NCBI GenBank assembly: GCA_041674405.1
Contig: JBAYVT010000001.1
Coordinates: 30,001-62,000 of the forward strand
DNA: 32,000 bases
Source of the DNA: Patescibacteria group bacterium
GTDB lineage: Bacteria; Patescibacteriota; UBA1384; XYA2-FULL-43-10
Direction of reading: 5' to 3'
Shown here: positions 16,133 to 23,910 of the stretch, one piece after another
Position numbering within the stretch: the first letter of the stretch is position 1
How the letters are laid out: every line of letters starts with the position of its first letter
Made by a program: the position numbers and the translations under genes
The notes under the pieces: generated by a model
Database searches by the model: none
Told to the model about the DNA's origin: nothing
The model's input: the letters and a program-made list of their open reading frames with translations, nothing else

Positions 16133-16518
16133 ACTATTTTTACTTTCTTAGTTTGGAAAAATAATTCTAAAAGACCGATCACTAAAACAATTGGAATACC
16201 GATCCAAAAATCCAAAATTTTTACGCCGCGTAAAATGAATAACGAAGTGATAGCAGATGAAAACAACACTGCCTGACGGACTGATGGCCAAAATAGTGAA
16301 AAAATAATTTCAGATTTCTTCAGATAAATTTTTAGATAAAAAAGTATAATTGAAAACATTCCTGCCAAGCCCAAAAATAGAGACAAATAAAAGTATACAA
16401 AGTTAGCTACCGAGGCATCGAAAGGATTATAATTAAAAACACACAAAATGAATGAAGCGATAGCCACAACCGTGATTGAATATACAAAAAATAAATTTGC
16501 CTTCAGCATCAAGAACAT
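16129..16518 (-). CDS. hypothetical small membrane protein (about 4 TM)
   Basis: Hydrophobic 129-aa ORF. Its TGA overlaps the pheS ATG as ATGA. Confidence 0.55.
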   Translation of the reverse strand: MFLMLKANLFFVYSITVVAIASFILCVFNYNPFDASVANFVYFYLSLFLGLAGMFSIILFYLKIYLKKSEIIFSLFWPSVRQAVLFSSAITSLFILRGVKILDFWIGIPIVLVIGLLELFFQTKKVKIV

Positions 16519-16551
16519 AATATCAGATTTTAGCCGAAAAATTAAGAGTGA

Positions 16552-16869
16552 TTATAGCTTTTTAAAAAGGTTATCAACCTTTTCTGCGTAGCTTTCATTA
16601 AGATCAAGAATAAATCTAAAATTTGGAATAATACGAAGCTTTATTTTCCCTGCCAGGTCTTTGCGGATTTCTTTTGCGTGAAAGTTTAGCTGATCGACAA
16701 TTTTCTGATCATCATTTAATACACTGATATATATTTTTGAAGATGAAAGATCGGATGACGTATCAACCCTGACAATTGAGGCAATATTTCCCCCAATGTA
16801 GTCCAAAATACTAAACGAGAGCTTAGAAAGAATGAGTGCGTTGACTTGTTTAATGCGTGAGGAATCCAT
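16552..16869 (-). CDS. rbfA: ribosome-binding factor A
   Basis: Size and pattern fit: RIKQVNALILSKLS.., SSSKIYISV, LRIIPNFRFILD (RbfA: lRytPeLeFvyD). Confidence 0.75.
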   Translation of the reverse strand: MDSSRIKQVNALILSKLSFSILDYIGGNIASIVRVDTSSDLSSSKIYISVLNDDQKIVDQLNFHAKEIRKDLAGKIKLRIIPNFRFILDLNESYAEKVDNLFKKL

Positions 16870-16885
16870 GGTTAGTCCTTAGTTT

Positions 16886-16929
16886 GTAGTCCTTAGTCTG
16901 TAGAAAATTCACTACGAGCTACGGACTAC
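16886..16929. promoter_or_regulatory. imperfect 18-bp hairpin in the rpsI-rbfA spacer, overlapping a duplicated SD-containing decamer
   Basis: GTAGTCCTTAGTCTGTAG-aaaattca-CTACGAGCTACGGACTAC (14 Watson-Crick, 2 G.U, 2 mismatches). On the minus strand CTAAGGACTA occurs twice just before the rbfA ATG. Confidence 0.4.
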
Positions 16930-16945
16930 TTACTACTGACTGACT

Positions 16946-17332
16946 TTATCGCTTAGACCATTGTGGAGCACGGCGGGCACCTTTAAGCCCTGGCTTCTTT
17001 CGTTCTTTTTCTCGAGGATCACGCGAGAGCAGCCCGGCTTTTTTCAAAGATGTACGAAATTCTGAATTATATTCAACCAAAGCGCGGGAAATGCCGTGGC
17101 GGATAGCCTCTTTTTGGCTTTGAAATCCACCGCCGACTACCTTAGCAGATACAGCGAAAGAACCCTTCTTGCCAACTATTTCAAAAGGTAAAATAATTTC
17201 TTCTGAAAGATCAGTGGTTTTGTCGTTTATTGAACTCTCTTTTTTGCCCTCAAAAATACGAACGCGTGCAACTGCGCTCTTGCGCCTTCCGGTACCGAAA
17301 TAATATTTTTCTTTTTTTGCGGTTTCTGCCAT
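16946..17332 (-). CDS. rpsI: 30S ribosomal protein S9
   Basis: GTGRRKSAVARV and C-terminal GARRAPQWSKR. Confidence 0.95.
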   Translation of the reverse strand: MAETAKKEKYYFGTGRRKSAVARVRIFEGKKESSINDKTTDLSEEIILPFEIVGKKGSFAVSAKVVGGGFQSQKEAIRHGISRALVEYNSEFRTSLKKAGLLSRDPREKERKKPGLKGARRAPQWSKR

Positions 17333-17340
17333 GTTCTACC

Positions 17341-17751
17341 TTACTTGTTTACAAATTTAACATTAACGTGCGGATGCTGGTCTCCGGCATAAACTTTAAG
17401 CCGATTAAGTTTTAAAGCTTGAAGCTTGTTTTTGGGTAACATTCCGGAAACAGCGTGCTTAATGATAAATTCAGGATTTTCCTCTTTAATATCTTTGTAT
17501 TCTTTGGTTTTAAGATTGCCAATATAACTCGTGTGCTTATAATACCTTTTGTCGAGCTCTTTGTTTCCGCTAAGCTTAACATCTTTTGCATTGATAACAA
17601 CAACATAACCACCAAGGTCAAGATTTGGTAAGTAATCCGGGCGGTTTTTGCCGTTTAGTATATCAGCAATTCGGGTGCATGAACGACCGAGAATTTGATC
17701 CTTCAGGTCGAAGATATACCAGTTTCGATTTTGTTCAGTTTTATTAGCCAT
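17341..17751 (-). CDS. rplM: 50S ribosomal protein L13
   Basis: NRNWYIFDLKDQILGR..IADILNGK, YYKHTSYIGNLK. Confidence 0.95.
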   Translation of the reverse strand: MANKTEQNRNWYIFDLKDQILGRSCTRIADILNGKNRPDYLPNLDLGGYVVVINAKDVKLSGNKELDKRYYKHTSYIGNLKTKEYKDIKEENPEFIIKHAVSGMLPKNKLQALKLNRLKVYAGDQHPHVNVKFVNK

Positions 17752-17752
17752 A

Positions 17753-18190
17753 TTATTTCTTTGTTATCTCTTTTTCACTAGTTTTCTTTGCAAGTTTCTT
17801 TTGGGAATCCTTTTTATCATCCGTGGCTTTCTCGGGTTCCTTGACGAAAACTTTTTTATCCACTAGCATAAGGCGCACGACCTGAGCATTGTCTCCAAGT
17901 CTTTTATGGAGCCGGTAGCTTTTGATAAATCCGGATTTTCTTTCAGAATATCGTTGTTTGAGGTCGGTAAGGACTTTGTCGGCGGCATTTTTATCAAAAA
18001 GTATGGAATAAATCTGTCTTTTTGCATGAAGGTCATCAAGTTTAGCTTTTACAATAATCTTTTCCACAAAAGCCTTAACTTCTTTGGCTCTCGGGGCTGT
18101 GGTGTCGATTTGTTCGTACAACAAAAGAGACGCCGCAGCGTTGCGAATTACATGCTCTCTATGCGCTTTTTTCATCCCAAGTTGTCTCAT
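17753..18190 (-). CDS. rplQ: 50S ribosomal protein L17 with a Lys-rich C-terminal tail
   Basis: LGMKKAHREHVIRNAAASLLLYEQIDTTAPRAKEV. Follows rpoA. Confidence 0.9.
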   Translation of the reverse strand: MRQLGMKKAHREHVIRNAAASLLLYEQIDTTAPRAKEVKAFVEKIIVKAKLDDLHAKRQIYSILFDKNAADKVLTDLKQRYSERKSGFIKSYRLHKRLGDNAQVVRLMLVDKKVFVKEPEKATDDKKDSQKKLAKKTSEKEITKK

Positions 18191-18191
18191 A

Positions 18192-19142
18192 TTAACTCAG
18201 CTTCTCTTTTACCTCGTCAATTCCCTTTTGCCCAAGTCCCTTGATTTCGGATAATTTAAGATCGGACAATCTTTTAAGGCCAGCTATAGTTTTAATTCCG
18301 GCATTAACCAAAGCATTCGTGGTTCGTTGCGAAAAATTAGCGTCTTCAATTTTTGTTTTTGGGTCAAGTCCGATTTCGTCAGCTTCTTCTTCGCCACCCA
18401 ACAATTCTTCTTCTTCTATTTCAACTTCGTTTTTTGGCATCTCGGTAAGCTCAAACGGAACCTCTTCATTGAAGGCAAAAGCCTTGTAATGATCAATCAA
18501 AATGTTTGACGCGGATATTAATGCATCATATGGAGCAATACTTCCGTCACTATCGATCTCAATGACCAATTTGTCATAGTTTGTCATCTGGCCAACACGG
18601 GTATTTTCAATATCCATTTTAACTCGGGTAATTGGGGAAAATGCAGCATCGATGTCAATTCGACCAATTTCTTTTCCTTTGTCGGTAAAGTCTTCGGTAG
18701 ATCTAAATCCTCTGTCTTTTTCAATTGTAACTTCAAGTTCGAATTGAGCACCTTTATCCAGTGTGGCAATGTGAACTTCTGGATTAATTATTTCAATGCT
18801 AGAATTCTTAGAAAAATCAGCACCAGTGACTTCGCCGGGACCTTTTTTGGAAATCATCAATGCGGTCGGTTCATCACTATCTGATTTAACATTAATCTCC
18901 TTAAGGTTGAGCATAATTTCAAGGAGATCCTCCTTAACATGCGAGATCGCTGTAAACTCATGAGGAGCACCCTCAAGCTTAAAAGATGTGATCGCTGATC
19001 CAGGAATAGATGACAGTAAAACACGTCTTAACGCATTGCCAAGAGTAGCACCATAGCCAGGATAAAGCGGATCAATAACAAACCTGGATTTGTTATCCTC
19101 AAGCTTTTCCTCTCTAATTTTTGGCAGAGATATTTTCTCCAT
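18192..19142 (-). CDS. rpoA: DNA-directed RNA polymerase alpha subunit
   Basis: FVIDPLYPGYGATLGNALRRVLLSSIPG N-terminal domain. C-terminal HhH domain (FSQRTTNALVNAGIKTIAGL). Confidence 0.95.
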   Translation of the reverse strand: MEKISLPKIREEKLEDNKSRFVIDPLYPGYGATLGNALRRVLLSSIPGSAITSFKLEGAPHEFTAISHVKEDLLEIMLNLKEINVKSDSDEPTALMISKKGPGEVTGADFSKNSSIEIINPEVHIATLDKGAQFELEVTIEKDRGFRSTEDFTDKGKEIGRIDIDAAFSPITRVKMDIENTRVGQMTNYDKLVIEIDSDGSIAPYDALISASNILIDHYKAFAFNEEVPFELTEMPKNEVEIEEEELLGGEEEADEIGLDPKTKIEDANFSQRTTNALVNAGIKTIAGLKRLSDLKLSEIKGLGQKGIDEVKEKLS

Positions 19143-19155
19143 ATTTATCTCCTTT

Positions 19156-19749
19156 TTATCTAGAGTAAAATTCTACGATTAAATTCTCATTAATATTTAG
19201 TTCGATTTCCACTCTCTCAGGTATGTGTTTTACTAATATTTCTTTTTTTGCATCATCTAAGGAAATCCAGTTTGGTGCAGCATTTTTTGTATTTTTAACA
19301 ATCTCCAACGTTTTGGGATATTTCACAACATCGTTGGGTTTGACAATAATTGAAGGTGAAGTTGCTCGTTTGTTGTTTACATAAACACGACCGTGAGATG
19401 CTAGCTGGCGAGCCGTGGCATGCGAATTTACAATTCCACTTCGGAACAAAACATTATCAAGCCGTGATTCCAACAACGAAACCAGATTTTCAGCGGTATT
19501 TCCTGTTTTCCTGTCAGCGTTTTCGTAATATATTTTGAGTTGGGATTCTGATATACCATAAACTTTTCTGATTTTTTGTTTTTCGCGAAGCTGTTTGCCG
19601 TATTCAGATAGTTTGATTCGTGATGTCGGGCCATGCTGCCCTGGCACATAAGGTCTTTTTACAACTGCACACTTTGGAGAAAGACAACGCTCTCCTTTGA
19701 GCATCAATTTCTCTCCTTCGCGTCTACATTTTCTGCATCCATGATTCAT
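19156..19749 (-). CDS. rpsD: 30S ribosomal protein S4 (Cys-cluster form)
   Basis: CRKCRREGEKLMLKGERCLSPKCAVVKRPYVPGQHG. Start trimmed to the ATG at 19749, just after the rpsK stop. Confidence 0.9.
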   Translation of the reverse strand: MNHGCRKCRREGEKLMLKGERCLSPKCAVVKRPYVPGQHGPTSRIKLSEYGKQLREKQKIRKVYGISESQLKIYYENADRKTGNTAENLVSLLESRLDNVLFRSGIVNSHATARQLASHGRVYVNNKRATSPSIIVKPNDVVKYPKTLEIVKNTKNAAPNWISLDDAKKEILVKHIPERVEIELNINENLIVEFYSR

Positions 19750-19751
19750 AA

Positions 19752-20156
19752 CTATACTCTTCTTTCTTTCTTCGCACGGCATCCGTTATGTGCAATTGGG
19801 GTGATATCTTTGATTGTCTCCACGGTAAGGTTGGAATTAATCAAAGCTCGAACGGCTGATTCTCTTCCTGCACCTACACCGGAAACAAACACTTTTACTT
19901 TGGAAAGGCCGTATGCTTTTGCTTTTTCAACAGCATCAGTTGCAGCAAGCTGCGCAGCATAGGGAGTAGATTTCTTCGTCCCCTTAAAACCAATCGAACC
20001 GGCAGATGCCCAAGTTACTACATTTCCATCTTCATCTGTCACGGAAATAATTGTATTGTTAAAGGATGACTGAATATAAATACTTCCAGAATAAACTGAT
20101 TTTTTGACCTTTTTTCTTACCACTTTTGTGGCTTTTTTATCAACAGCTTTTGCCAT
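19752..20156 (-). CDS. rpsK: 30S ribosomal protein S11
   Basis: GSIYIQSSFNNTIISVTDEDGN..SAGSIGFKGTKKSTPYAAQ. Confidence 0.95.
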   Translation of the reverse strand: MAKAVDKKATKVVRKKVKKSVYSGSIYIQSSFNNTIISVTDEDGNVVTWASAGSIGFKGTKKSTPYAAQLAATDAVEKAKAYGLSKVKVFVSGVGAGRESAVRALINSNLTVETIKDITPIAHNGCRAKKERRV

Positions 20157-20166
20157 TTATTTCCTC

Positions 20167-20550
20167 TTATGTCTTTTGAGCGGCAGGTTTACGCCCGGAG
20201 CCAACAGTAATTTTCTTACCACGTTTGGTTCGAGCATTTGTTTTGGTGCGTTGTCCTCTGGCTGGCAAACCTTTAATATGCCGAACCCCCCGATAAGCAC
20301 CAACCTCTTTGAGCCGTTTAATATTTTGGCTAATCATCATCCTAAGATCACCCTCAACCTTGAATGCAGCAATAGCTTTTCTGATTTTCTCAACATCAGT
20401 CTCACTCAAATCTTTAACGCGAATATCGCCGCTTACGCCGGATTTTTCAATAATTTTTCGGCTGGTTGTACTGCCTATGCCAAAAATATATGTGAGGGCA
20501 ATATTTAATTTTTTTTCGTTAGGAATATTTACGCCAGCTATTCTTGCCAT
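20167..20550 (-). CDS. rpsM: 30S ribosomal protein S13
   Basis: [49 protein letters not shown]. Confidence 0.95.
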   Translation of the reverse strand: MARIAGVNIPNEKKLNIALTYIFGIGSTTSRKIIEKSGVSGDIRVKDLSETDVEKIRKAIAAFKVEGDLRMMISQNIKRLKEVGAYRGVRHIKGLPARGQRTKTNARTKRGKKITVGSGRKPAAQKT

Positions 20551-20551
20551 G

Positions 20552-20698
20552 TTATCCTTGCCTCTGCTTGTGTTTAGGGTTTTCGCAAATCACAAAAATT
20601 CGTTCCTTCGCGCTTGTTCGTTTGGACTTGCCTTTCTTGCTGCGAGAAACGATTTTGCATTTGTCGCACATTTTTTTTACAGATGGTCTAACTTTCAT
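20552..20698 (-). CDS. rpmJ: 50S ribosomal protein L36 with an internal basic insertion; absent from the ORF track (48 aa)
   Basis: My translation: [48 protein letters not shown]. It sits in the canonical infA-rpmJ-rpsM position, with its stop 1 nt before the rpsM ATG. Confidence 0.85.
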   Translation of the reverse strand: MKVRPSVKKMCDKCKIVSRSKKGKSKRTSAKERIFVICENPKHKQRQG

Positions 20699-20712
20699 TG
20701 TTTATATTCGGC

Positions 20713-20934
20713 TTACGCAATATCGCGAAATACAATTCTGCCTTTGGTTAAATCATAAGGCGACATTTCTATAGAAACCTTATCTCCAGGAAGAACGCTA
20801 ATTCGATGCATTCGCATTTTTCCACCAAGCGATGCAGTAATTTCGTATCCTGAATCAAGTTTAACTAAAAAACTAGCATTGGGGAGGGTTTGGATTACCG
20901 CTCCCTTCGCTGTTATGACATTTTCTTTTTTCAT
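20713..20934 (-). CDS. infA: translation initiation factor IF-1
   Basis: [60 protein letters not shown]. The ATG at 20934 is preferred over the TTG at 20943. Confidence 0.9.
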   Translation of the reverse strand: MKKENVITAKGAVIQTLPNASFLVKLDSGYEITASLGGKMRMHRISVLPGDKVSIEMSPYDLTKGRIVFRDIA

Positions 20935-20946
20935 ACTACACAAGGG

Positions 20947-20975
20947 ATAATATCATATTAAACGAGTAGAGTCAA
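20947..20975 (-). promoter_or_regulatory. sigma70-like internal promoter candidate upstream of infA
   Basis: Minus strand TTGACT-N17-TATTAT. The -10 hexamer ends 12 nt before the infA ATG, implying a very short leader. Confidence 0.4.
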
Positions 20976-21069
20976 CACTGCTTATACGAATCCATACACT
21001 GATCAATACAATCGCTAATATTTGGCAAAATTACGTGTAATTTGGGTTGATTTAGGTATCCGATTTAAA

Positions 21070-21831
21070 CTATACAGTTATAATTTCGCTTCTTTTACTG
21101 CCAATCAAAATTGTGTGTTCGAAATGCGCCGCTTTACTCCCGTCTAGTGTTGATACGCTCCATCCATCAGAGGATGTCTTAACATCGTGCGAACCCACAA
21201 CAACCATAGGCTCAATTGCTACGGCGATTCCGGAAACAAGTTTTTCTCCTTCGTTTTTCCTTCCAAAATTGGGTATTTGTGGATCTTCATGCACATTACG
21301 CCCTACCCCGTGCCCAACAAGCGCACGAACAACACTAAAACCCTCTTTTTTAATATACATTTCAACAGCGTTTCCAATATCACCAGTGGTGTGGCCGGCT
21401 ATTGCATTGGCAATTGCAATTTTAAGGGCCTGCTCTGTGACCTTAATAAGTTTCTCGTCGATTTTATTTTTTGGAGAGCCGGCAATTACACTCTTTGCCA
21501 TATCCGTATTCATTCCGTGATAGTTAACGCCTAGGTCGACTGAAACAATGTCGCCTTCGCGAATAATTTTATTTGGATAAGGAATTCCGTGGACGATTTC
21601 ATCATTTAGAGAGACGCACAAAGCAGCAGGAAATGGATTATCATCTCCGGGAGGATAGTTTTTAAAGGATGGAGTGCCACCTTGCTGCCTGATTGACGAT
21701 TCGGCTATTTGATCCAATGAAGCCGCGGAAATCCCGGGTTTAATCGCGAGAATCACCTCAGAAAGGGCATTTTTGAGTATTTTGCCCGATTTGCGGAGTA
21801 ATTTAATTTCGTTGCTACTTAATTTCTGCAT
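21070..21831 (-). CDS. map: methionine aminopeptidase, type I
   Basis: EIKLLRKSGKIL, HGIP, VSVDLG, GHGVG, AIEPM, FEHTI metal-ligand pattern. Confidence 0.9.
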   Translation of the reverse strand: MQKLSSNEIKLLRKSGKILKNALSEVILAIKPGISAASLDQIAESSIRQQGGTPSFKNYPPGDDNPFPAALCVSLNDEIVHGIPYPNKIIREGDIVSVDLGVNYHGMNTDMAKSVIAGSPKNKIDEKLIKVTEQALKIAIANAIAGHTTGDIGNAVEMYIKKEGFSVVRALVGHGVGRNVHEDPQIPNFGRKNEGEKLVSGIAVAIEPMVVVGSHDVKTSSDGWSVSTLDGSKAAHFEHTILIGSKRSEIITV

Positions 21832-22471
21832 TAATTACTTTTTCTTCAATTTCTTTTTCTACCTCGGGAATGGTTTGTTCGCCATTTATTTCAATCAAGA
21901 TTGCCTGATTCTTAAACTCCTCAACAACATCGTCAATCCTTGGCTTGTAAATAGAAATTCTGTTCTCAACTACTTCGGCCTTATCATCAGCCCTTGAAAT
22001 CAAAGAACCACCGCATGCATCACAGATTGTAGCTGTTCCGCCGATAAAGTTTTTGCCACATTTTGAACATACTTTTCGGTTTAAAATTCTATTGAGCGCA
22101 GATTCTGGTTCAATTTTAATCCAGACGCATACCGGTTTATCAATACCAAGATCCTTGCACATCTCAAAAAATAAGTCGGATTGGTTTTTTGTAAAAGGAA
22201 AATTATCTAAAACAATATCGCCCTCTATGCCATCAATATTTTTTTTAATGATATCAACGGCAATTTCATCCGGCTGTGGAATTCCCTTATCATAACGCTC
22301 TTTCATTTCTTTGTAGAATGGATCAGAAAAATCAGCATTTTCCAGCTCTTTTCGAATTAGATTACCCATACCAAAAACGGTAACTTTCATTTTTTTCGCC
22401 ATTATTTCAGCTTGCGTTCCTTTACCTGATCCCGGTAACCCGAGAAAGCTGTAGACTGTTCTTTCTGACAT
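21815..22471 (-). CDS. adk: adenylate kinase (Zn-lid form)
   Basis: P-loop GLPGSGKGTQAE. Lid CSKCGKNF..CDACGGSL. Confidence 0.9.
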   Translation of the reverse strand: MSERTVYSFLGLPGSGKGTQAEIMAKKMKVTVFGMGNLIRKELENADFSDPFYKEMKERYDKGIPQPDEIAVDIIKKNIDGIEGDIVLDNFPFTKNQSDLFFEMCKDLGIDKPVCVWIKIEPESALNRILNRKVCSKCGKNFIGGTATICDACGGSLISRADDKAEVVENRISIYKPRIDDVVEEFKNQAILIEINGEQTIPEVEKEIEEKVINAEIK

Positions 22472-22524
22472 TTGTTTTCCTTAAATTAACAATAATTATT
22501 CCTAAATTATCTTTTATTTTTAAA

Positions 22525-23799
22525 TTAGTAATGATCGTATGTATGCATTAAAAGCTGGGCGGTAAGCTGTCTCATAGTGTCAATAATGACGGCAACGAGA
22601 ATTAGTATGCCTGTTCCACCGATTGCAAGGGTAGAAATATTTGTTACCGATTGAACAATATATGGCAACACACCGATAAGGCCAAGGAATACTGCCCCCA
22701 GAAATGTAATTCTGCTAATAATTTTTCCTAAATATATTTTAGTTTCCGTTCCGGGCCTTAGTCCAGGTAAATAACCGCCCTGTTTTTGTAAATTTTCAGA
22801 AATCTGGTCCGGTTTAAACACTACCGATGTATAGAAGAAAGTGAACAAGAAAATCAGTATGAAATATATGATAGCGTAATACAAATTGTTGTTCACAAGT
22901 GTAACTATCCAAGTTGCAGCATGTTTTATCCAATCAGTTTTTGCGTTTTCAAGATATTTGCCGAGGACGCCTGGAATAACCATAATACTCATGGCAAAGA
23001 TTATCGGAATTACCCCCGCTGTATTTACGCGAATCGGAAGATGAGAATCAACCGCGCCATATTGCGTAGCTCCTCTTGCCCGACGAGCATAAGAAACGGA
23101 AATATTTCTTTGGCCCTCGGTTATATAGATAATTGCTGCGACAATAAGGACAAGCAGAATGCCAATGCCAACAACGCTCAAGATTTTGGTAACATCGCCG
23201 GCAGTTAAAAGAGCGGCTGTATTTCGAAATTGGGTCGGAAATCCGGATAAAATACCCAATGAAATTATCAGTGAAATTCCATTGCCAATCCCTTTTTCGG
23301 AGATTAATTCACCAAGCCACATAAGAAGCATAGTACCAGCCGAAGCAGAAATCAGCATCATAATAAGATCAAACATAGTCCAAGATGGGACAATGCCTTG
23401 GCTGCGTAAGACTGCAAGCATAGCATAGGCCTGCAATATTGCGATGGGAACGGTGGCATATCTTGTCCATTGATTTATTTTTTGTTGGCCGGATTGGCCT
23501 TCTTTCTGAAGCTCCTCAATGCTTGGCACAACCATTGCTAAGAGCTGAAATATAATAGATGAGGTTATATACGGGCCAACCCCCATCAAAATGACAGAAA
23601 AATTGCTCATCGTGCCACCAGAGAACATATCAAGTAGTCCAAATATCTGGTTATTTTGGAAAAACAATTTTAGTTGGTTAAAATCTACGCCAGGCAACGG
23701 AACATGAGCAATTAGCCGCGTTAACAATAGCAGTGAAACGGCAATAATTACCTTGTTTCGTAAATCCTTATACTGCCAGATTTTAGTCAAAAAGTTCAT
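22525..23799 (-). CDS. secY: preprotein translocase subunit SecY
   Basis: 10-TM profile. ALGIGPYITSSII-like segment (GVGPYITSSIIFQLL). ISEKGIGNGISLII. Confidence 0.95.
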   Translation of the reverse strand: MNFLTKIWQYKDLRNKVIIAVSLLLLTRLIAHVPLPGVDFNQLKLFFQNNQIFGLLDMFSGGTMSNFSVILMGVGPYITSSIIFQLLAMVVPSIEELQKEGQSGQQKINQWTRYATVPIAILQAYAMLAVLRSQGIVPSWTMFDLIMMLISASAGTMLLMWLGELISEKGIGNGISLIISLGILSGFPTQFRNTAALLTAGDVTKILSVVGIGILLVLIVAAIIYITEGQRNISVSYARRARGATQYGAVDSHLPIRVNTAGVIPIIFAMSIMVIPGVLGKYLENAKTDWIKHAATWIVTLVNNNLYYAIIYFILIFLFTFFYTSVVFKPDQISENLQKQGGYLPGLRPGTETKIYLGKIISRITFLGAVFLGLIGVLPYIVQSVTNISTLAIGGTGILILVAVIIDTMRQLTAQLLMHTYDHY

Positions 23800-23829
23800 A
23801 CAAAAAAATTCCGCTTATTTAGCTCTTCG

Positions 23830-23858
23830 ATTTTAACTTAATATTATGCGTAAGTCAA
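23830..23858 (-). promoter_or_regulatory. sigma70-like promoter candidate for secY-adk-map
   Basis: Minus strand TTGACT-N17-TAAAAT in the 111-nt spacer between the giant gene and secY. Confidence 0.45.
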
Positions 23859-23910
23859 CGATAAATTAGTTTGAAAGATTGAGACATGAGATGAAAACAA
23901 CGATCGTAAT

